This document shows positions 1 through 11,803 of a stretch of DNA of 64,000 bases, piece by piece. Origin of the DNA: Octopus vulgaris (taxonomy: Eukaryota); NCBI GenBank assembly GCA_951406725.2, contig OX597818.1, positions 76,632,001-76,696,000 on the forward strand, in the 5' to 3' direction. The notes beneath the pieces are model-generated. The model was not told the origin of the DNA, ran no database searches, and saw nothing but the letters and a program-made list of their open reading frames with translations. The stretch's first letter is position 1. Every line of letters begins with the position of its first letter. Position numbers and translations under genes: made by a program.

Positions 1-499
1 CTCATTCATGTTGTTGATTATTCGCAAACTGGTGTTAGTTTTACATTTGTTACAATGTTAGCAGGAAATCTAAAACAGTTCCATATACTAAAGCATGTGT
101 GTATTAGACCATGATTAGGAGAGTAGTGTAATGGTAATGGAGCATGGGTGATAATGGAACTGTTATAGGTTCAAATCTTGGATGTGTATACACACATGCA
201 CTCACATGCACATATACATATATAGGATAACATTATGCCGTAAAATGCATTAAGCATTTTTTGTAATTTTCAGACACCTTAAACTCATAAGAGTGAAACC
301 AGTTTGTGAGCCAAAGCATAACTAGACCTTGCAGGCCAGATCAGGATGATTTTTTGACCATGCTGGTTTAAAAGGTTTGTCTGGTAAGCTGGAGAGCTGC
401 ACCAAACTCCACTATTTTTTGGCTTGGTTTCTATGGCTTGATGCCCTTCCCAATGTCAACCACTCCATAGAGTTAACTTTATTAACAATAAAAAATGGA

Positions 500-1085
500 A
501 ATGCCAGAGGGAGAAACTAGAAGTATTTGATAGCTTCCGCTACCTAGGTGACCAAGTTTGTAGTGAGGGTAGATGCTCTGAGAGCATTGCCACTTGAATA
601 AGAATAGCCTGGGCAAAGTTCAGAAAGCTCCTACCTCTACTGGTGACAAAGGGCCTCTCACTCAGAAGGAAAAGTAGACTGTATGATGCATGTGTGTGAA
701 CTGCCATGCTACAAAGCAGTGAAACCTGGGCCATGACTGTTGAGGATATATGTAGGCTTGATAGAAATGAAGCTAGTATGATCCACTGGATGTGTAATGT
801 CAGTGCGCACACACAACAGAGTGTAAGCATCCTGAGAAAAATGTTGGATATAAGAAGCATCAGATGTGGTGTACAAGAGAGACGACTGTGCTGCATATGG
901 ATGAGAACTGTTTGAAGAAGTATCATTCCTTAACAGTGCAAGGAACCTATGGAAAAGGGAGACCCAGGAAGACATAGGATGAAGTGGTGAAGCACGACCT
1001 TCGAACATTGGGCCTCACAGAACGAATGACAAGAGACCGAAACCTCTGGAGATATGCTGTGATTGAGAAGACCCGGCAAGTAAAA
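500..1085 (+). mobile_element. RTE-clade LINE 3' fragment (RT thumb/C-terminal region), decayed
   Basis: Translates as KLEVFDSFRYLGDQV...RIAWAKFRKLLPLLVTKGLSLRRKSRLYDACV*TAMLQSSETWAMTVED...RLDRNEASMIHWMC...GRPRKT, typical of the RTE ORF C-terminus; contains stops and frameshifts. Confidence 0.85.
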
Positions 1086-1254
1086 TAAGATCACAGCTGT
1101 AGCCTGTACCAGTGTCGCATAACCAGCCCATTTAAAAAGTACCTTTGAATCATTGGGTGACACGCCGTGCTTGAGGAGACCTATTGAGTCAAATAAAATC
1201 AAAATCACAATCGGAATCTCAATCAAATCGAATTCAAAATGGAAATTGTAGTTG

Positions 1255-1681
1255 TGGCTGATGCTAGTACTACCTGACTGGCTCCTATGCTGGTGGCACG
1301 CAGTAAGCACCTTTCATGCACAGGCCAATGCCAGTGCTGCTTGACTGGCTTCCCGTGCTAGTGGCACTTAAAAAGCACCATCCTAATGTGGTCGATGGTG
1401 GGCCCCTGCCTACACCCCAACTGGCTCCTGTGCCGCTAGCACATAAAAAGCACCATCTAAACATGGCGAATGCTAATGTCACCTGGCTGGCTCCCGTGCC
1501 GGTGGAATGTAAAAAGCACCTACTACACTCTCAGAGTGGTTAGCATTAAGAAGGGAACCTAGCTGTAGAAACCCTGCCAGATCAGATTGGAGCCTGGTGC
1601 AGCCTCTTGGCTTGCCAGTCCCCGGTCAAACCGTCCAACCCATGCCAGCATGGAAAATGGATATTAAACGATGATGATGAT
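1255..1681 (+). repeat. RTE 3' UTR with 4 tandem hairpin-bearing units and (GAT)n tail
   Basis: Unit ctggctcccgtgccggtggcacgtaaaaagcacc near 1276, 1343, 1419 and 1485; ends catgccagcatggaaaatggatattaaacgatgatgatgat. Confidence 0.75.
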
Positions 1682-2236
1682 GTTAGCAAAGTTTGTGTGT
1701 AGAGATGTGTGCTAAAAATCTCAGCCACATATTCATCATTTTAATGTCCATTTTTCAATGCTTGCATGGATCACATGGAGTTCATCGAGACAGATTTTTT
1801 ACACAACATCCAGCTATAAAATCCTTCCTCAAAGAACATGTACATCCAACCCAAGCAAGCATGAAAAGATAGATATAAAATAAATGAATACAATTATAAT
1901 TGAACAAAGTCATTACTCACAAGTATGACCGAGTAGCTTGTACTATGCTTTCACTAATTGTTCTAGGTGCAGAAATAGGCATCCTGCTGGCCCTCACATC
2001 TATGACCTACTGGAACATCAATGATGTAATATTTTGAAGGAAGAAAGGACTGCACTAGCACTCAGCAAGTATTTGTTTTCAGCTGAGTAGACTACAGCAT
2101 GAAATGATGTGCCTTGTTCAACATGATGCCTAGTTCAGGTATTGGACCTACAAGCTTATGAGACTCCAATACCATAACCACTGGGCCACATTTCTCCATA
2201 TTTCTTTCATTTATTCACCACTCACTTGTGTGTGTA

Positions 2237-2286
<50 letters not shown>

Positions 2287-2822
2287 AATAATTCTCTAAA
2301 CGAGATATAGACCGTAACTGCTCCATCACATAAGGGACATTAGCCATTTGAATGTGGCTAGGGACAGGGCAGGGCGGTGGGGGTGTTACTGATGCATTTA
2401 GCCCCAGGCGATCATCAACGTCACCAGATAGCCTTACCAACTCTCCATTCCTCTTTTTTAATCATATTTATATTTATAATAATCCCATATATATATATAT
2501 ATTGAAAAGATATTCCTCAATGGGCTTCTTTTCAGTTTCCATCTGCCAAATCCACTTACAAGGCTTTGCTCAGCCTGAGGCTGTAGTAGAAGACACTTGC
2601 TGAAGATCCCATGCAGTGGGACTGAACTACGAACCATGTGATTGGAAAGCAAGCTCCTTACCACACAGTCATGCCTGCATTTTATATATATATATAGTTA
2701 AGAAGTTTGCATCAGTCATGTGGTTAGGAATTTGATCACATTGTTGTCACCTAGCATTGTATATTATAGCTACAGGTTGACCTTGTAAGTGAAACTGGTA
2801 GACATAAATTGAAGGAGTCCGT

Positions 2823-2859
<37 letters not shown>

Positions 2860-3299
2860 GTATAAGTTTGTGTGAGTGAATTCATATTTCACCTCATCAA
2901 GTGTGATCACTGACTGCAAACAACAACCTTGCTGTTCATACAGACAGTGTTGTTTGCTTGCAGTCCACTGTAAATGTATGTCTCCCTTTCTCAACATGTC
3001 CTGTTGTCCTTTCTCTAGTTTAAGTCATGGTCTGTAGTCATGCCAAGCAACTTGTAAACAGAAGGTTTATTATTCATTGGTAATTTGCTACAAGTTTCCT
3101 GTGTAACTTATGTCTAGGCTGTTTGTTGTTCAATAATTACTGGTGGGGGTTAATATTTGGCTTGGCAGCAAGTGAGGGTTGGAGTCAGGGAGTGCATCTA
3201 ACAGTTGAAAACTCAACCTCAATGTAGTCTTGTCTGACCTTTGCAAGCATGAAGAAGTGGTTGTGAAATCAATGATGATGATATGTTAATGGTCTTTTA

Positions 3300-3700
3300 T
3301 CTGTTATCTTTTATTTGTTTTAGTCATTAGGCTGTGGCTATGCTGGAACACCACCTTGAAGAATTTTTAATTGAATCAATCAACCCCAGCACTTTTTTTT
3401 AAAGCCTGGTATTTATTCTATTGGCTTATTTTGCGAAACCACTATGTTACAAGGGCTAATCAAAGCACCAGTTGTCAATCAGTGGTAGGGGATATCTTCA
3501 GACACAAATGCATGTATGCACACACACACACTCACACCTACTTATACAATGGGCTTCTTTCAGTTTTCATCTACCAAATCCACTAACAAGGCTTTGGTCA
3601 GCCCGATGCCACAGTTGAAGACACTTGTTCAAGGTGCCATGCAGTGAAACTGAACCCAAAACCATATGGTTGGGAAGCAAACTTCTTACCACACAGCCAT
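3300..3700 (-). mobile_element. tRNA-derived SINE, family A
   Basis: Collinear with the best copy at 40205-40592 (head ggctgtgtggtaagaag...ggttcagt, internal microsatellite, tail ccagcatagccacagcctaatgact). Confidence 0.8.
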
Positions 3701-5310
3701 GTAGTTCTGTACCCTCCGGCAATATGAAGCACACGTGACTTCTATTTTCAGTTAAAGCTATCTACTTTTAAAATATTTTCTCCAATAATACTGTGATCTA
3801 AGTTTTTCCATAGAGCACTTTTGAAATTAAGTTTTCTTGGAAAAAAGAAATGGGAAAACAACCTGTTGTTGACTAACAAACACTAATTCAATTTGTTGCT
3901 CATATCTAGCTTTATTCACTCAAGTTTACTGTAGTTTGTTACATCATCTAACTTCTACATTATAACATCTTTGTTATTTACAGTTGATATATTTTAATAA
4001 CAATAGTAAAACACTCTTCTACTACCGCTACTACTTATTCTTTCATGTCACTCAGTTTCCAGTTTCCTTCTCACCATCAACATTGTCCTTAAGCTGTAGA
4101 AGTCAGCTTGTGTCTGAGTACGACCATGTTTACAACATCAATGGCACTTCTTAAAGAGCAGTAAAAGAATCCACCATATACTCTCAAAGGCAACAAATCT
4201 ACTGAAGTAGCAGTATTTTATAATCACAGTCACAACAACCATTTTTGAAGGCTTTGTTGTTTGTAGTTCTAATAGGTTCCTGTGTACGAAGTTCATTTCA
4301 GTGAATAAAATGTGTACAGAACTGCATTTACTTTTCAAATACAACTTTTATCCCTTTGGTCAATTCAACCAAAACTTGTGTGATCGTCAGTTTTTATATC
4401 AGAGTATCTTTTCTTCAACTGATCATTCTAGCAAGAAATAAGGTCCCCTCACTTTCAAAGTGGTCTTAAAGTATATGTGTTCATTTCAGGCATTACTATG
4501 TCCCCACACTTTATTGCTAGATAGCCATTGACTTTATGCGGGTCCATCCATTCTTTTGACAGATCTTGCTTTTGTGTTATAGGGTTTCTAGCAACCCTCT
4601 TTCCCTGGCTAGCCTGTTGGATTTGCAGTTTAATCATTAACAACCCAGCTATGTAACAGATTGTGCAGGATTATGATGTTACCAGTAACACACTCTTGGT
4701 GTCCTGACATTTCATTACTAACTTGTATTAAATGGTATGTAGCTATTGTACTTGTACTCTATTTGTTAACTCAGACATCAACACAGATACTGTCACTCCT
4801 ACAACTACTACAATAGCCTTACTCCTCTGAACAAGTTAACTGCACACCCTCTCTGTACACACCAACTTGTCCTACCTAACTTTCCTCTTGTCACCATCAC
4901 TGTCTCATCTCTCAGACCATGAACCAAACCCTACATACAATCTCTCCTCACTACAGTTTCCTTCCTTCCATATTTTTCTTTCATATACCATCTGGTCAAC
5001 ATCCTTGTCCTACCTCCACCCAGGGTTACCCTTACAACATGCCCAAAATAACTTAAGATTTTGCTTGTTTAGTTACTTTACAAGGCAAGGCGCCAGTTAT
5101 GTCCAATTTGGTTAAGCACGTTTATCCCTTTTTTTATCTCTTGTGCTAATTCTTAACATTCCTCTACAGAATCAGTGTTTCCAAACTTCGAAACTATATT
5201 CTATCCACACCATTCATATCCACTCACTGTCATTGGAAATACTAAAGTTTGCAGCAATTTCAATTTGGCCTTTTTGTTTATTGATAGATTATATATATAT
5301 GTATAAACAA

Positions 5311-5630
5311 TTGCAGCATGGAAGGTGTTTATAAGCCATTTAAAAACATACAAAAAAACCATTAGATTCACTTCAACATTTAAATTTAATTTTTTGTCAA
5401 AATATTTTTGTTGCTTTGAAACTGCAACCTGTTCACTGACAAAATTTCATGCTGCATCATGAAGTTTTGTCGTGTTGCAGCACGAAGTTTTGTCAGAAGT
5501 GAATCTAACGTTTTTTTTTTGTGTTTTTAAATGGCTTATAAACACCTTCTATGCTGCAAGTGCTTTTGTTTCGGCACACAATATCAGATCAAGTCACTTG
5601 CTATGCAAGTACTTCTCCATAATATATAAT
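5311..5630. mobile_element. Penelope-like terminal fragment in inverted arrangement
   Basis: Inverted arms 5311-5374 and 5496-5559, inner inverted repeat 5436-5456/5477-5496, hammerhead-like motif inside, flanked by (TA)n. Confidence 0.6.
5392..5444 (-). ncRNA. Minimal type I hammerhead-ribozyme-like motif, G3:C8 core variant (decayed copy)
   Basis: Minus strand reads ttttgtca GTGAACA g gttgc agtttcaaa gcaac (a)AAA atattt tgacaaaa: 8-bp stem I, 5-bp stem II, palindromic stem III AAUAUU; G12 reads A, compatible with CpG decay. Confidence 0.55.
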
Positions 5631-5730
5631 CAAATGAATAACAACATACAATGGATAATTGTCAGCTCATTACAGCTGTTTCTTATGTAACTTTTTAATA
5701 TATGTATGTATGTTTGTGTGTATATATATA

Positions 5731-5772
<42 letters not shown>

Positions 5773-5819
5773 TATGTATGTATGTGTATGGCCATTGCCA
5801 TGATTGACTGCTACCCACT

Positions 5820-5965
5820 AAAGCTTTTTTTTATTCTCTGTTTATTTTCTCATGTTCCTTTCTGTTGAAGAGCATAGGCTCGAAACATAAAAGACTTTCT
5901 CACTTTCCCAAGCATTAAACTAATACGCCTGCCTTGTCTTTTGCTTTTTTGTAAATTCCAATGAT
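5820..5965 (+). mobile_element. Penelope-like pLTR fragment, second family
   Basis: Homologous to minus-strand copies at ~41890-42013 and ~55825-55952; contains hammerhead-like motif; abuts (TA)n. Confidence 0.6.
5858..5893 (+). ncRNA. Minimal type I hammerhead-like motif, A6U core variant
   Basis: cttt CTGTTGA a gagc atag gctc GAAA c ata aaag: stem I cttt/aaag, stem II gagc/gctc. Confidence 0.5.
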
Positions 5966-6068
5966 ATATATATATATATATATATATATGTCTGTGTATT
6001 TATATATGTATGTGTGTATATATATATATATATATGTGTGCGTATATATATGTATGTATATATATATG

Positions 6069-6147
<79 letters not shown>

Positions 6148-6160
6148 GCATGTGTCTGTG
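5964..6160. repeat. Compound (TA)n/(TG)n microsatellite
   Basis: Directly visible; similar arrays at 2230-2282, 5700-5790, 17000-17080, 17357-17540, 19668-19738 and 25640-25785. Confidence 0.95.
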
Positions 6161-6339
6161 TATTTCTTTTCTAACTGTGGTTTGGAGATAACAGCACACT
6201 TTGTTATGGCAGTTCTCATTTTTATCTCTATACTGTCATCAGTGATTTGTAATAATAACTTCCAAGATAACAAACCTCATCATACATTACTGTGACAGTT
6301 GGATTATCACCTCCTTATAGGATTACCTTTATCATGTGT

Positions 6340-6625
6340 TCTTGAAATAATCATTGATTCACTTTTATCAAAATTAATGAACAAAACCATATTCTTCCCA
6401 TTTTTGTCATTCACTTTTCTCCTCAAATTCCTCAAGTCTTCTAAGTTATTAGCCCTTAGTGTCATCAACATATCTGACATTGCTGACCGTTCTTTAATTG
6501 ATTTTAATTATATCATCATAACCTTCTTGAGTTTTCCATTTATTACTTTCTGCACATATGTTGAACAAAGAAGAAAGGATACATCCTTGATATACCCACT
6601 GTTCAGTTTCAAACCACCCTGTAAA
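6340..6625 (-). mobile_element. Old LINE reverse-transcriptase fragment (RTE-like)
   Basis: Minus strand gives FETEQWVYQGCILS and IKIN*RTVSNVRYVDDT, matching the GVRQGCILS and YADD motifs. Confidence 0.65.
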
Positions 6626-8294
6626 GCCTATATTAGTTTTGACTGTTGCTATTTGATGAAAGATCATCATCATTATTTTAACATCTACTTTTCAATGCTT
6701 GAATGAGTCGGATGGAATTCCTTGAGGCAGATTTTCTACAGCTGGATGCCCTTCTAGTCACCAACCCTCACTTGTTTCCAAACAAAGTAATATTTCTCCA
6801 TGGTTGGACATATTTGGACAGAATATTGGAAATGAAGGACACCACTTGTATGATGGCAATGCATGTTTCCATCTATCACACAATGTCAAATAGGTACATA
6901 TACATGTATAGACTCACATACTCACACACACACGTGTATATACACATCAGGATTTTTTCAGTTTTTGTCTACCAGAGCCACTTAGAAGGCTTTAGTCTGC
7001 CAATAGTAGAAAGCTCTTTCCCGTGGTGCTATGCAGCAGGACTTAATCTGAAACCATGTGGTTGGGGTAAATGCACATGACTTAGTGATTAGGGTGTTGG
7101 TCTCATGGTCATAAGATTGTGGTTTCAATTCCTGGAACTGACAATGTGTTGTGTTCTTCAGCAAAACACTTTATTTCACATTGCTCCAGTCCTCTATGTT
7201 AGCAAAAAAGAGTAATTCTGTGACAGACCAGTGTTTCATCCAGTGGGGAGTATATACATCAGAGAATCTGGGAAGATGGGCCTATATGACTATATGACTC
7301 GAGAAGGAGCTTTATTCTTAATAATGTGGTTTGGAAGCAAACCTCTTAATCACATGTCTAGGCCTGCACCTATGAGAATAAAATACTTTTGATAATTCTG
7401 TAAAATGTTGAAAAAATTTCCTTTCTCCTACTATTGGCCATAATTGCATTTTTTTTTTTTTTTTGCTAAACTTCTGCTGCTGTGTCATATCTAGCAGAAC
7501 TTCTGTTATTCTTTAGTCTTTGACGTTACTGATGGAATTTGTCTTTCTTAATACAATTCTCACTTTGATCATTTTGATTAACATGTCTTATGTTTATGTA
7601 TAAGTACCAGAACTATTCATTCCATCTTTCCTTTTATACATATTTCCCTTCACAAAGCATATTACCATCTTTGCTATTTTTTGGTGAAATGCTCTTGTTG
7701 TTAGCTTCACTATTTTGTAAACATCTCTTGTAGTGTTTGTCATACAAGTTTTGTTTTGTTTTATACTTTCAGCTCAGATTTTGTTGATGTTTTTCTCTTT
7801 TTTTTTTCTTCCTTCATCCTTCGTGTCTCAGCTGTTGATATTCTTTAGATTCAGATGATGTCATACTGCTACTTTTTACAGATCTCCTTCCTTGTTTCAA
7901 TTTTATCTCATATCTCATCTGTTGTTCACTTCAATTGTTTTTTTTTTTAATATTTTAATTTTCTTTTGTTATATTTTTTCAGCTACTTCCAGAACTATAT
8001 TTTTTGGCTTTATTCTCTATACTATTTCTAGGTGACTTTCGTCTTCACTGTTCAAAAGTTGTTCAGATTGTTTTTTTTCTATTTCAATATTTCCGTATTT
8101 CATATATGAGCCATTAAAAAGTTAACCAGATATAAAACATACAGAGATGTAAAGAAAATAACTGGTTGCTAGTATTGTTTCCACTTTACCATCAAGCAAG
8201 GGAGAAAAGTCTGGGAATGTTTCAGTTTTATTCTGACCTTGTCAGCAAATCAAAGCCAGTAAAATTAAAATAATATTAGTCTAGCAAATTAAAA

Positions 8295-8949
8295 AAAATT
8301 TGTGAAATGTTAATGTTAGAACATATAATAACGGTGCCATACCATCCCAGATCTAATGGACAGGCAGAAAACTCTTTGTCGATACCTTCAAAAGAACCCT
8401 TGGAAAATCAAATAAGGAAGTCATGGACGAGGTAACTCTACAACAATTTTTAAGAATGTACGTGTGACACCAAATCCATATACACCAGCAGGTAGCTCAC
8501 CAGTGGAGCTGATGTTTGCAAGGAAAGTAAAATCAGTCCTTAATAAATTGCTACCTTGCAAGAAAAGAAAAAGTACCAGGGAAGACATAGCAAGATTCTT
8601 TAAAGTTGGTGAAAAGGTGTATATGTGGGCATACAAGAATGAAAAGCAGAGTTGGGAAGATGGTGTAATTACCAAATGCATAGGTAAAATGATATATTGG
8701 GTAAAAAGTAGAAAAGGCATAGAAAAGAGACACAAGAACCAACTGGAAAAGAGGTTCGTGAAAAGTGAACCAAAGAAGTTGGAGGAACTGATAGAATGGT
8801 TGTATTATATGTTCCAAGTACCAATGCCACTGCAGGTGATTGAACCCAGGCGTACAAGTAAGAGGAAAAGAAAACATAGAGTTCCTGAAAATAAATGTCA
8901 AGCGCAAAAAAATATTAAATTGTACAAAAAAGGGAGATGGGGTGAATAA
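8295..8949 (+). mobile_element. Ty3/Gypsy integrase C-terminal half, frameshifted
   Basis: EHIITVPYHPRSNGQAE/FVDTFKRTL...QQFLRMY/VTPNPYTPAGSSPVELMFARKVKSVL...FKVGEKVY. Confidence 0.85.
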
Positions 8950-8995
8950 AAAAAAAATTATTACTAAATAAAATCATACTTCCTAAGAAAAACTT

Positions 8996-9226
8996 AAAAG
9001 GGGAGATGTAGGGAATTAGTAATAATGGTACACCCCCTCCTGTGTGATGAATGGAATAGCTTAGTCACTGTGAGTAAAGAGAGTACTAGTAGGTGGTCAG
9101 AGATAGTCGTGTTTTTCCTGGTTATACTAAGTACACTGTATACTGAAGTGGGCATTATAAACAATCCAATATTTTTAAGGATATAGCAAGGTAAATATAT
9201 CATTTTCAGATATAATTTAATCTACA
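8996..9226 (+). mobile_element. Polypurine tract plus ~220-bp 3' LTR of the Gypsy element
   Basis: aaaaggggaga immediately precedes TGTAG (9007); CTACA ends at 9226 (5-bp inverted termini, TG..CA); attaaa-like signal attataaa at ~9155. Confidence 0.6.
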
Positions 9227-9364
9227 TTATTTGGCAGAATAATTTAGGCACTGGCAATGCTGTTTGGTTAAGAAGTTCACTTCCCCAGGTTCAATTTCAC
9301 TGCAGTGTCAGAGCAAGTTGTCTTCTATTATAGCTCCAAGCCAACCAAACCTTGTAAATGGATT

Positions 9365-9950
9365 TCATCATCATCATTTTAATTAAATGTGCATTTTCCA
9401 TACTGGCATAGATTGGATGGCCTGACAAGAATTGGTAAGGCCAGAGGCTGCACCAAGTTCCATAGTCTGTTTTAGCCTGGTTTCTACAACTGTGTACCCT
9501 TTTTAATGCCAGTGACTTTACAGAGTGTATTGGGTACTTTTGACATGGCACCATCACCAATGCTTTTTAAGTGGCACCAGCACTGGTGCATTTCACACAG
9601 CACCAGCTTTCACACCAATGCTTTTTGCATGGTACCTTGGTTTTTAGGATCTCAATTCTGCTGTGGTGGATGAGTCTTCTTGAGTACAGCAATGCACCAC
9701 ATTTCTGTCCTGTGTCATCTCCCTTGCACAGTTCAGTGTTTTGAGATCAACCCTCAATACTTTGTCCCATGTCTTCCTGGGCCTCCCTCTTCCACAATTT
9801 CCCTCCACTTTAAGTGATTGGCACATTTTTATTGCAACAGTCCTCATCCAGCTGCATCATATGACAAACAAGTGCAGTCTCTTTTTTATGTAACTGTCCT
9901 CATCCAGCCACATTACACGACAAACCAGTGCAGTCTCCTCTCTTGCACAA
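9365..9950 (-). mobile_element. RTE-clade LINE 3' fragment with tail
   Basis: ORF 9644-9847 CQSLKVEGNCGRGRPRKTWDKVLRVDLKTLN; (CAT)n tail at 9365. Confidence 0.8.
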
Positions 9951-11307
9951 TTGATAGAAAAAAAGCCCATCATGTGTATGTGTGTGTGGTGCAAATGTAT
10001 ATGTATACAATACACATGTGTGTCTGTTTCTTTACACCTGCAGCTCACTTATTCAAAAGTTATGACATTTGATCAGTGTTGTTGGCATATCTCCTGTCAA
10101 TATAGTGTCCAATTATTTTGTGCTTTCAAATCCTTATAGAATAAATGATCCCTTACCTGAAAAGCAGGCAAGGATTAACAGCAAGATGAGTATCTAGCTG
10201 TAAGACAAACTGTAAAATCTGTTATTTCAAATAATGGTTCTAAAAGAAATGTTGATTGTTGTACTTTAGTTACAAACTGTTGCTTTACCAACTTTTTTTT
10301 TGTGCTTTTTAGTCAGGAGGGACAGCAGTACCTGTGAGCTTTTATTGGGCCTCCAAGATAGGTGGGCAGGAAGAAGGATAGTATCCTCAGACTAAACACC
10401 TAGCCCGATTGTCTGCAGCAGAGTGGACTCTGCAAAAAGTACTCAAGGTACTGAATGGTGGTATTAAGACAGGTGAGGAATTAAGAAGATCATGACAGGG
10501 TTTGAACTTGGAAAGCAAAGAACTATAACAAACTCCGCTAGGAGCCGAATCTAACATTCTTACAGTTCCATAAATTCACTGCCCTGGATTTTCTATTTTC
10601 TTTCATTGATCCTGAAAGGATGTAAAGTAAAGTCACTTTTGATGGGATATGAACCCCAAGTGCCCAGTGTCAGAAGAAACACCTCAACAAATTCTATCCA
10701 ACTTAGCATCTAGTCTCTTCCATGTAGCCTCAGAATGCTGTTCTTTCTAGTGAGTGAAGTTTCAGTCTTGAATACTAGTTCATTTTTTTGGGGTCCTTTA
10801 ATTTGTAAATTGTGAGTAAGTTCTGCTACTGCTGTATAATTTGTGTAGTTGATTCCAAAAGTAAATACACCATTTGTCTGTCTGGTGCCTCTTTATCTCA
10901 GCAAGCTTTTTCTTAAGGGATGTTGACTTCAGTTAACTGTGGAGAGTATTGTCATCCATAAACTATACTTGACACATGATGTTTCTATTATATGTAAGGA
11001 GCCTGGAGGGTGAGCAGGTTGGCATGGAGTTGGCTTCCATTACTTCTGGATGTCCATTCTGTAGATTTGCATGACTCTTCAACTTCTCTGTCTGTCTGTC
11101 TGACCCCCCTCTCTCTGACAGACACACATCAACAGAGATAAAAAAATGCAGAGGAAAACAACTAATACTGAAGACTTCTACTTTGTTTACTTTGACACAG
11201 ATCTTGTTTCACTGATAAAGAAATGTCATCTGGTTTGACACTCCATGATGACTGCTTCCAAGATTTATGGGACTGTTTCATAAATAATATGGAGCTGAAC
11301 CTCCCCA

Positions 11308-11800
11308 TTAACCCTTTTGTTGCCATATTTCCATTGTAATGCATTTCCTTTGTTTCAATGAATTTTGAAAATTATGATGAATTTAGTGAAATATTTGTTT
11401 CAGTTAACTCTTAAAATAATGAAAAATTTTGTGAAATTCTTAAATCGCTAAAAAAAAATATATAACCCTTTTGTTATATTCCTGTTAAATACACTGTTTA
11501 TTTCAATTAATTTTGAAAATGGAGAATTTAATGAAATAACTTTACTTTTTAATCTTTTCTTACCATATTCCCGTTGAAATACAATGATTTTGTTTTAGTC
11601 AGTTTTGAAAAATAATCAAGAATTTTGTAAAATAACTTTGTCATTGTTAACCCTTATTTTAACATATTTCTATTGAAATATGCTGTCTTTGTTACAATTA
11701 ATTCCTAAAATAATGTAGAATTTTCTAAAATATCTTTTTCATATTAAACTTGTGTTTAGAACACAAATTAGCATAAATTTTGATAGAAGGTTTTTAATTA
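11308..11800 (+). repeat. Tandem array of ~4-5 truncated piggyBac-like MITE left ends
   Basis: Repeated (t)taacccttttgtt..catatt...tttcaattaattttgaaaat..gaattta at ~11308, 11463, 11548 and 11647; same sequence as the complete MITE at 28250-28480. Confidence 0.65.
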
Positions 11801-11803
11801 AGT

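Noticed and set aside
1270-1525. CRISPR-like repeat-spacer pattern (also 41480-41755)
   Set aside because: Linkers are related to each other, repeats are degenerate, the array lies in a LINE 3' UTR, there are no cas genes and the context is eukaryotic.
9227-9245. Primer-binding site (ttggcag) after the LTR, implying a tandem Gypsy element
   Set aside because: Only a few bases match, no internal sequence follows, and a SINE head starts right after.
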